Source: Dehalococcoidia bacterium
GTDB taxonomy: Bacteria; Chloroflexota; Dehalococcoidia; UBA2979
Assembly (NCBI GenBank): GCA_019694855.1
Contig: JAIBBD010000004.1
Coordinates: forward strand, 9,753 to 73,752
Direction: 5' to 3'
DNA length: 64,000 nucleotides
How positions within the stretch are numbered: position 1 is the stretch's first letter; each line of letters opens with the position of its first letter. The position numbers and the translations under genes were made by a program. Below the pieces are notes generated by a model. That model saw nothing but the letters and a program-made list of their open reading frames with translations. It was not told where the DNA came from and did no database searches. Positions 54,697-61,867 of the stretch are shown here, piece by piece.

Positions 54697-56108
54697 GCGG
54701 CGAGATTCGCGTCGCCCTCCCCCGTGGCGAGCTGCGCGACGCGCTCGCTGAGCAGCTACGCGACGTCGGCTTCGTCCCCGCAGGCTACGGTGAAGGCTCC
54801 CGCGCCTACCGCTTCGAGGTGACCGGGCACCCGGCCGTCGTCGTCCGCGTGTTCTCCGACCGCGACATCCCGATCCAGGTCGCGCTCGGCCAGTACGACC
54901 TGGGCATCACCCGCAGCGCCTGGGTCGACGAGCTGCTCGTCCGCCATGCCCAGGACTCGATCGTCCCGCTGCGCCCCCTCGATCTCGGCCGCGAGCGTCT
55001 GGTCGTGGCCGCCCCGGCCGGCACGGACCTCGCCGCGCTCGCTGCCTCTCGAGTGGTGCGCGTCGCCACCGAGTATCCGCACCTCACGTCACGTTTCCTG
55101 AATCGCCTTCGCGTCCCCTCGTATCGCCTGTACGAGGTCTGGGGTCAGGCCCAGGCCTGGCCCCCCGAGGACGCCGACGTCGCCGTCGTCCCGGAGCAGA
55201 CCCTCGCTGGCGAAGACCTTGTTGCCCTCGCCACCGTCCACGAGGGATCGCCGTGGTTGATCGCCAACCGTGCGTCCCTCGCCACTCGCGACCTCGCGAG
55301 CGCGCTCGATGCGCTCCTGCGCCTGCCGATGCAACCCGCCCCTGGAGGCCCCGTCGACCCGCCCCCGCTGCCCCGCACGCGCGCCCCACGCCTCACGGCC
55401 CTCGACGAGCGACAGAACTTCCGTATCGCCGTGCCCGACGGGCACGCGCAGCGCCACACCTTCGCCTCGCTCGCTGACGCGGGCATCGCCTTCGAAGGCT
55501 ACGAGGAGCGCGCCGCCATCCGCCGCCCGCGCTCGTCGCTCCCCGGGGTCGAGGTGAAGGTCATCCGTCCGCAGGACATGCCGATGGCCGTCGCCCTCGG
55601 CGCGTACGACCTCGCGCTGACGGGCCGCGACTGGCTCGCCGCCCACCTCTCGGCCTTCCCGGGCTCGCCCGTCGTCGAACTGGCCGACCTCCGGCGCAGC
55701 CGCTATTCGCTTGGTGCGGTCGTCCCCGAGGACCTGCCCGCCGACACGATCGAGGAGGCCATCGCCTACTGGCGTCGCGAAGACGCGAACCGCCCGATCC
55801 GCGTCGCCTCCGAGTACGTCGCCCTCGCCGACGACTACGCGCGTGAACGCCGTCTCGGCCGCTACCAGGTCATCCCCATCGCCGGCGCTTCCGAGGGCTT
55901 CGTCCCGGACGACGCCGAGATCCTCATCGAGGGCTCCGAGACCGGCACCACCCTGCGCGCCAACCGCCTGCGTATGATCGATATCACGATGGAGTCGACA
56001 AACTGCGCCATCGGCGCGCTGGAGCGCCCGGCCGGCCTCCGTGGCGAGCTCCGCGACCAGCTGGTCGAGCGCCTTCGCGCGGCCGCCGCCGCGCTCGTGG
56101 TGGCGTAG
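54693..56108 (+). CDS. hisG: ATP phosphoribosyltransferase HisG, apparent tandem duplication of the short-form fold (about 471 aa)
   Basis: The ATG overlaps the hisZ stop. Residues 1-210 show IRVALPRGEL, DIPIQVALGQYDLGITRSAW and a degenerate signature (GQAQAWPPEDADVAVVPEQTLAGEDL). Residues ~240-471 repeat the pattern with FRIAVPDGHAQ, DMPMAVALGAYDLALTGRDWL and an intact HisG signature (EGFVPDDAEILIEGSETGTTLRANRL). Confidence 0.8.
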   Translation: MSGEIRVALPRGELRDALAEQLRDVGFVPAGYGEGSRAYRFEVTGHPAVVVRVFSDRDIPIQVALGQYDLGITRSAWVDELLVRHAQDSIVPLRPLDLGRERLVVAAPAGTDLAALAASRVVRVATEYPHLTSRFLNRLRVPSYRLYEVWGQAQAWPPEDADVAVVPEQTLAGEDLVALATVHEGSPWLIANRASLATRDLASALDALLRLPMQPAPGGPVDPPPLPRTRAPRLTALDERQNFRIAVPDGHAQRHTFASLADAGIAFEGYEERAAIRRPRSSLPGVEVKVIRPQDMPMAVALGAYDLALTGRDWLAAHLSAFPGSPVVELADLRRSRYSLGAVVPEDLPADTIEEAIAYWRREDANRPIRVASEYVALADDYARERRLGRYQVIPIAGASEGFVPDDAEILIEGSETGTTLRANRLRMIDITMESTNCAIGALERPAGLRGELRDQLVERLRAAAAALVVA

Positions 56109-56109
56109 C

Positions 56110-56862
56110 GTGCCCTCGCTCGGGTCGCACCTCGCCAGCGCCCGCGTCCTCGCGGGCCGCCTCGCGCACCCCGGCATCGAGGCCGACCGTGGCGCCTATT
56201 ACCTCGGCGCGACCGCGCCCGACATCCGCGTGCTCACGCGTCTCGACCGCGAGCACACGCACTTCTTCACGCTCGACGATTTCGAGGATCAGGACTCGGT
56301 CGCTCGCCTCTTCGCCGAGCACCCGCACCTTCGCGACGCCGTCGTCCTCGATGCCACGACGCGCGCCTTCATGGCGGGCTACCTGACGCACCTCCTCATG
56401 GACCAGCGTTACATCGAGCGCATCTACCGTGAGTTCTTCGGCGCGTCCTCGGCCTACCAGGGCGACCCGCGCGGCAACATCCTCGACCGTCTGCTGCAAT
56501 ACGAGATGGACCGACGGGAGCGCGAGGACGTCGACGCCATGGCCGAGATCCGCGACGCCCTGACCGACACCTCCGCCGCGGCCGACATCGGCTTCATCGA
56601 GCGCGCCACCCTGCAGCAATGGCGCGAGGTCGCCTGCGACATCGCTGGCCAGCCGCCAACCTGGGACCGTTTCCAACGCATCGCCAGCCGCCACCTCCCG
56701 GCCGCCGGCATCGACACCGAGGAGGCCCTCGAGCAGTTCTACCGCGACCTGCCCGACCTCCTGAAGGAAACCATCGACCACGTCACCGAGGAGCGCATGC
56801 GCGAGTTCATCGACCTCACGGTGGATGACGCCACCGACCGGCTGAAGGAGTACCTCCAGTGA
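56110..56862 (+). CDS. uncharacterized protein, Zn-dependent phospholipase C-like / metal-dependent hydrolase-like, embedded in the his operon
   Basis: The GTG start is 2 bp after the hisG stop and the stop overlaps the hisD GTG. The N-terminal GSHLASARVLAGRL resembles the Zn-PLC family start (SHLWIVNRAI); His/Asp-rich. Function unknown. Confidence 0.6.
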   Translation: MPSLGSHLASARVLAGRLAHPGIEADRGAYYLGATAPDIRVLTRLDREHTHFFTLDDFEDQDSVARLFAEHPHLRDAVVLDATTRAFMAGYLTHLLMDQRYIERIYREFFGASSAYQGDPRGNILDRLLQYEMDRREREDVDAMAEIRDALTDTSAAADIGFIERATLQQWREVACDIAGQPPTWDRFQRIASRHLPAAGIDTEEALEQFYRDLPDLLKETIDHVTEERMREFIDLTVDDATDRLKEYLQ

Positions 56863-58196
56863 CGGCCCACTCCCTGCGGATCGTCGAGGGCGCCGGGGCC
56901 GCCCGCCAGTCGGTCCTCAATCGCGGGGCCACCGCCGACGCCACCCTCCCCGACGCCGTTCAGCGCTCCATCGCCGAGACCTTTGGAGAGCCACTCACCG
57001 CCGCCCAGGTCGTCGCCCGCATCATCGAGGACGTCCGTCGCGAGGGGGACGCCGCCGTGAAGCGCTACTCCCAGCGCTTCGACGGCTCCGCGGACGCCCC
57101 CATGGAAGTCACTTCCGAGGAGATTGATGCCGCCTTCTCGATGGTCGCCCCCGAGCTCCTCGAGGCCGTCGAGTTCATGGCGGACCGTGTGCGCGCCTTC
57201 CATGTCCACCAGCGCCAGCACGGCCCCCAGCCCTTCACCGAGCACGGGCTCGGCATGATCGTCCGCCCCATCCAGCGGGCCGGCATCTACATGACGGGCA
57301 ACGTGGCTGTGCTCCCGTCGTCCGTCGTGCACACGGCCGTCCCAGCCGTCGCCGCGGGCGTCGAGGAGATCGTGGGCGTCACCGCCGCCCTGCCGGACGG
57401 CTCAGTGCACCCGCTGAAGCTCGTCGCCTCCCGCCTGGCAGGCGTGCAGCGCGTCTTTCGCGCCTCGGGCGCCCAGGCGCTGGCCGCCCTCGCCTTCGGC
57501 ACAGAGTCGATCCCGCGCGTCGAGAAGGTCTTTGGCCCCGGCAACATCTTCGTCACGCTCGCCAAGCAGCAGCTCTACGGGCAGGTCGGCATCGATGCGC
57601 TTTATGGCCCCACCGAGACGGTCGTCCTCGCCGACGACTCAGCCTCGCCGGACCTCTGCGCCGCCGACCTCCTCGCACAGGCCGAACACGACGCGCTCGC
57701 CCGCCCCGTCCTCATCACCACGAGCGTCGAACACGCCCGCGCGGTCGCCGAAGAGGTCGAGGCCCAGCTCGCCGACCTCGAGCGTGGCGCCATCGCCCGT
57801 GCCGCCATCGAGCGCGGTGGCGCCGTCGTGGCCGCGGACCTCGACGAAGCGATCGCGCTGGCCAACGAGTTTGCCCCCGAGCACCTCTGCCTCGTGACCC
57901 GCGACCCCGAGGCGGTCGCCGCGCGCATCCAGAACGCGGGCGGCCTCTTCATCGGCGAGTCCTCCCCCGAGGTGCTCGGCGACTACGTAGCCGGGCCTAG
58001 CCACGTCATGCCGACGGGCGGCTCGGCGCGCTTCGCCTCGCCCCTCACCGTGAACGACTTTCTCAAGACGATCTCCACGATCGCGCTCTCCGAGGACGAT
58101 CTACGCCGTATCGGCCCCTACGCCGCCGCGCTCGCCCGCGCCGAGGGCCTCACCGGCCACGCTCGCTCCATCGAACTCCGTCTCGAGGGCCGCTAG
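56859..58196 (+). CDS. hisD: histidinol dehydrogenase
   Basis: 445 aa with the HisD signature and NAD/zinc-binding regions (ESSPEVLGDYVAGPSHVMPTGGSARF). Confidence 0.95.
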   Translation: MTAHSLRIVEGAGAARQSVLNRGATADATLPDAVQRSIAETFGEPLTAAQVVARIIEDVRREGDAAVKRYSQRFDGSADAPMEVTSEEIDAAFSMVAPELLEAVEFMADRVRAFHVHQRQHGPQPFTEHGLGMIVRPIQRAGIYMTGNVAVLPSSVVHTAVPAVAAGVEEIVGVTAALPDGSVHPLKLVASRLAGVQRVFRASGAQALAALAFGTESIPRVEKVFGPGNIFVTLAKQQLYGQVGIDALYGPTETVVLADDSASPDLCAADLLAQAEHDALARPVLITTSVEHARAVAEEVEAQLADLERGAIARAAIERGGAVVAADLDEAIALANEFAPEHLCLVTRDPEAVAARIQNAGGLFIGESSPEVLGDYVAGPSHVMPTGGSARFASPLTVNDFLKTISTIALSEDDLRRIGPYAAALARAEGLTGHARSIELRLEGR

Positions 58197-59297
58197 ATGC
58201 GCGCTTTCGACCTCCAGGCCGCCCTCCGCCCGGCCCTTCGCGGCATGACGGGCTACAGCCCGATCGCCCCGCCCGAGGAGGTCGCCGCCCGCTACGGCAT
58301 CCCGGTCGAGCGCATCGTGAAGCTCGACGCCAACGAAAACCCCTACGGCCCCTCGCCCCGTGCCGTCGAGGCGGTGCGCGCCCTCACTGGCGCCAACCGC
58401 TACCCGGACCCCGACCAGCGTGCCATCCGCACCGCCCTCGGGGCCCGCCACGGCATCGACCCCGACTGCATCGTCGCCGGAGCCGGCTCCGACGAGATCA
58501 TCGACCTGCTCTTCCGCGCCTTCGTCAGCCCCGGCGACCGCGTCGTCGTCGCTTCGCCCACCTTCGGTATGTACGCCTTCGACGGCGAGCTGCAGGGCGC
58601 CGAGGTTGTCGACGTCCCGCTGCGCGACGACTGGTCCTTCGACGCCGATGCCCTCGTCGAGGCGGCCTCGACCGCGCGCCTCGTCTGCATCCCTTCGCCG
58701 AACAACCCGACGGGCAACCTGCTCCCGCGCGACCTCGCCGAGGCCATCGCGGCCACGGGCGCGCTCCTCGTCATCGACGAGGCCTACATCGAGTTCGCCC
58801 ACGCCGAGTCGCTCGCTTCGGCCGCCGCAGACGGCCAGTCCATCGTCGCGCTACGCACCTTCAGCAAGTGGGGCGGCCTCGCCGGCCTCCGCATCGGCTA
58901 CGGCATCATGCCGCGCGAGCTGGCGCGCACCCTCATGCTCGTGAAGCAGCCCTACGGCGTGAACGTCGCCGCTGAGGCTGCCGCGCTCGCCTCCCTCGAG
59001 GACGTCGCGCTCCTCGATGAGCGCGCGTGCACCCTCGCCGGTGAGCGCGAGCGCATGGCCGAGGCGCTTCGCGGTCTCGGCTGGCTCGAACCCGCGCCGT
59101 CGGAGGCGAACTTCACCCTCGTCCGCCTGCTGCGCTCGGACAGCGTCACCGTCCGCGAGGCGCTGCGCCGCCGCGGCATCTTCGTCCGCACCTTCGAACA
59201 CGCGCGTCTGGCCAACCACGTCCGCATCTCGGCCGGACGTCCCGAGGACACCGAGCGGCTCATCGCCGCGCTCAAGGAGATCGAGGATGAGCTGTGA
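58197..59297 (+). CDS. hisC: histidinol-phosphate aminotransferase
   Basis: 366 aa, class II aminotransferase; the PLP-lysine region TFSKWGGLAGLRIGY. Confidence 0.93.
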   Translation: MRAFDLQAALRPALRGMTGYSPIAPPEEVAARYGIPVERIVKLDANENPYGPSPRAVEAVRALTGANRYPDPDQRAIRTALGARHGIDPDCIVAGAGSDEIIDLLFRAFVSPGDRVVVASPTFGMYAFDGELQGAEVVDVPLRDDWSFDADALVEAASTARLVCIPSPNNPTGNLLPRDLAEAIAATGALLVIDEAYIEFAHAESLASAAADGQSIVALRTFSKWGGLAGLRIGYGIMPRELARTLMLVKQPYGVNVAAEAAALASLEDVALLDERACTLAGERERMAEALRGLGWLEPAPSEANFTLVRLLRSDSVTVREALRRRGIFVRTFEHARLANHVRISAGRPEDTERLIAALKEIEDEL

Positions 59298-59902
59298 CGA
59301 ATAGCCTCGGACGCCGTGCCGCCGTCGATCGCGAGACCGCCGAGACCCGCATCCACGTCGACCTCAACGTCGACGGCCGAGGGCTGGCCACCGTCCGCAC
59401 CGGCATCGGCTTCTACGACCACATGCTGAGCGCCTTCGCCAAGCACGGCCGCTTCGACCTCGAACTGACCTGCGACGGCGACCTCGAGGTAGATGCGCAC
59501 CACACGATGGAGGACTGCGCCATTGCGCTGGGCGCCGCCTTCGACCGGGCGCTTGGCGATCGAGCCGGCCTCGTCCGCATGGGGGACGCCCTCGTCCCGC
59601 TCGACGAGGCGCTCATTCAGGCTGCTATCGACCTCTCGGGCCGCCCCTTCGCGGCTGTTTCGCTCGCCTTCGTCGGCGAGCGCATCGGCGAGGCGCCCAC
59701 CGAGATGGTGGCGCACGTCCTGCAGTCGTTCTCCGTTGGCGCGCGGCTGACGCTGCACGTCCGACAGCTCGCGGGCGCCAACGACCACCACATCGCCGAA
59801 GCCACGATGAAGGCGCTCGGCCGCGCCCTCGACGCCGCCACCCGCCCCGACGAGCGCATCGCCGGCGAGGTCCCCAGCACGAAGGGCACCCTCACGACGT
59901 AG
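59294..59902 (+). CDS. hisB: imidazoleglycerol-phosphate dehydratase
   Basis: 202 aa with the IGPD signature motifs (IGFYDHML, DAHHTMEDCAIALG, HHIAEATMKALGRAL). Confidence 0.95.
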   Translation: MTNSLGRRAAVDRETAETRIHVDLNVDGRGLATVRTGIGFYDHMLSAFAKHGRFDLELTCDGDLEVDAHHTMEDCAIALGAAFDRALGDRAGLVRMGDALVPLDEALIQAAIDLSGRPFAAVSLAFVGERIGEAPTEMVAHVLQSFSVGARLTLHVRQLAGANDHHIAEATMKALGRALDAATRPDERIAGEVPSTKGTLTT

Positions 59903-59918
59903 CCTTCGAGGCCCGGCG

Positions 59919-60422
59919 CTACGTCCCCTCGCCTCGCGGCTCCTCGTGCTCGGGCATGGACGCGCCGCTCCGCGCCTCCTCGCGCCGCCCGAGGCGTGAA
60001 CCGCGGTTCCGCTGCCGTCCCACGTCGTAGATCGCGTCTGAGAGCGGCGCCAGCTCCAGCAGCACCACCACCGTCACGGTGACCAGCGCCGCTGTGAGCC
60101 ACATGTCCTCCGCCACCGCCAGACCGATCCCTGCCAGTACCCACACCATTGCCGCTGTCGTGACGCCGCGCACCCCCACCCCGCGCTGGAAAATGAGCCC
60201 CGCCCCGAGGAAGCCGATGCCCTGCACGACCCCGGCCGCCACCCGCGAGTCGCCGTAGAGCACGCTCGTCTCCCCGAACAGCGCCGCCCCCACGCACACC
60301 AGCGCCGAGGTACGCACGCCCGCCTCGTGACCCCGAAACTCCCGCTCGACTCCGATCAGCCCACCGAGCAGCAACGCCAACAGCAGGTGCACGAACACCT
60401 CGAACTGATCGCCGTTGCTCAT
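59919..60422 (-). CDS. MgtC/SapB family membrane protein
   Basis: Start MSNGDQFEVFVHLLLALLLGGLIGVEREFRGH, the canonical MgtC N-terminus, with 4-5 TM helices. The upstream 62-aa extension in the track was rejected. Confidence 0.8.
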   Translation of the reverse strand: MSNGDQFEVFVHLLLALLLGGLIGVEREFRGHEAGVRTSALVCVGAALFGETSVLYGDSRVAAGVVQGIGFLGAGLIFQRGVGVRGVTTAAMVWVLAGIGLAVAEDMWLTAALVTVTVVVLLELAPLSDAIYDVGRQRNRGSRLGRREEARSGASMPEHEEPRGEGT

Positions 60423-60519
60423 CCGTGCCGCCCCGTCCGCGCTTCGCTGGACACAACGCCGTCCGAGGTCAGATCGTAGCAGTGCAGCCCGCAACCGCCT
60501 CCGAGGAGTGAGCGCACCA

Positions 60520-60924
60520 ATGAACCTCGACTTTGCCTTCCTCTGCGACAGCGCCCAGGAGGGCGGCGGGAAGGTGCACGCCCTCGGCATCGGCTTCGAC
60601 ACCATCAACGCCGCCCAGGTCCCCGTGACCTACCCCCTCCTCACCATCGTCGTCCAGCTCCGCTACTCCATCGCCGAGGCGGGCGACAAGTCGATCTCCA
60701 TCCGCCTCATCGACGCCGACGGCCGCGACATCGTGACCCCGGTCGCCCAGACCGTGCCCTTCCCCGCCCCCGAGGGCGCCCGCTCGAACGCCGCCCGCCT
60801 CATCGTCGCCTTCGGCGGCGTCAACTTCGCCACCTACGGCGACTACGCCGCGCACGTCACCCTGAACGGCTCCGAGGTGGCCAGCCTGCCGATTGTCGTG
60901 CTGCCCGCTTCCGCGCCCGCATGA
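60520..60924 (+). CDS. hypothetical protein (134 aa) translationally coupled to hisN
   Basis: ATG at 60520; the stop overlaps the hisN ATG (ATGA). No recognisable domain. Beta-rich, with a hydrophobic C-terminus. Confidence 0.5.
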   Translation: MNLDFAFLCDSAQEGGGKVHALGIGFDTINAAQVPVTYPLLTIVVQLRYSIAEAGDKSISIRLIDADGRDIVTPVAQTVPFPAPEGARSNAARLIVAFGGVNFATYGDYAAHVTLNGSEVASLPIVVLPASAPA

Positions 60925-61754
60925 CCTCCACACCCGAGCTGCTCGCCTTCGCCCTCGAGCTCGCCGACCTCGCCGACGGCATCACGATGCGGCACTACCG
61001 AGGCGGCGGCGATGTCTGGCGCAAGTCGGACGGCACCCTCGTCACGCTCGCCGACACCTCGGCCGAGTCCGCCATCCGCGCGCGCATCCTGGAGCGCTTC
61101 CCCGACCACGCCGTCGAGGGCGAAGAGGAGGGGCTCACGCTCCCCCCCATGCCGATGGACGAGCCCACGGACGAACCCGCCGAGGCAGCCCCGCCCGCCG
61201 ACCGCGTGAAGTGGATCGTCGACCCCATCGACGGCACCCATAACTTCGCCCGCGGCGCGCCCGTCTGGGCTACGCTCATCGCCTGCGAGGTCAACGGCCG
61301 CCTCGAGGTGGGCGTCGCCTCCGCCCCTGCCCTCGGCACCCGCTGGTGGGCCGCCCGCGGCGAAGGCGCGCACCGCCGCGACGCCCTCACCGGCATCACC
61401 GAGCGCATCCACGTCTCCACCCGCGCCCGCCTCGAGGACGCCCAGGTCCTCTACGGCTCCTACACCCTCACCATGGCCGCTTGGGGCGGCCGCGCCGACC
61501 GCCTCCTGCGCGCCAGCTGGCGTCAGCGCGGCTTCGGCGACTTCTGGGGCCACTGCCTGGTCGCCGAAGGCGCCGCCGAAGTCATGCTCGAAGGCGAAAT
61601 CGCCCCCTACGACATCGCCGCCGTCATGGTCATCGTGGAAGAAGCCGGCGGCCGCATGACCGACATCGAGGGCGTCGCGCGCATCGACGCCGGCCACTGC
61701 ATCACCTCGAACGGCGTGGTGCATGACGAGGTGTTGGGGGTGTTGGAGGGGTAA
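60921..61754 (+). CDS. hisN: inositol monophosphatase family protein, probable histidinol-phosphatase (HisN-type)
   Basis: IMPase metal motifs WIVDPIDGTHNF and the EE...DP context (AVEGEEEG). The his-cluster context suggests HisN. Confidence 0.75.
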   Translation: MTSTPELLAFALELADLADGITMRHYRGGGDVWRKSDGTLVTLADTSAESAIRARILERFPDHAVEGEEEGLTLPPMPMDEPTDEPAEAAPPADRVKWIVDPIDGTHNFARGAPVWATLIACEVNGRLEVGVASAPALGTRWWAARGEGAHRRDALTGITERIHVSTRARLEDAQVLYGSYTLTMAAWGGRADRLLRASWRQRGFGDFWGHCLVAEGAAEVMLEGEIAPYDIAAVMVIVEEAGGRMTDIEGVARIDAGHCITSNGVVHDEVLGVLEG

Positions 61755-61867
61755 TCACCCGTGGCACCCCCGTCCTATCGGCCGGCACGGAACTTCATGA
61801 ATCTCGTCGGGGAAGATTGTCCACAGACGAGTGCTTGGCCGCCCCCACGGCGATGTCATACCGTTAG

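Noticed and set aside
55089-56177. 362-aa minus-strand ORF overlapping hisG
   Set aside because: Antisense to the HisG signature-bearing frame. A GC-artefact composition.
60415-60519. Upstream 35-aa extension (TTG start) of the 134-aa DUF ORF
   Set aside because: It overlaps the mgtC start region on the opposite strand and is low-complexity. The ATG at 60520 is the first plausible start.
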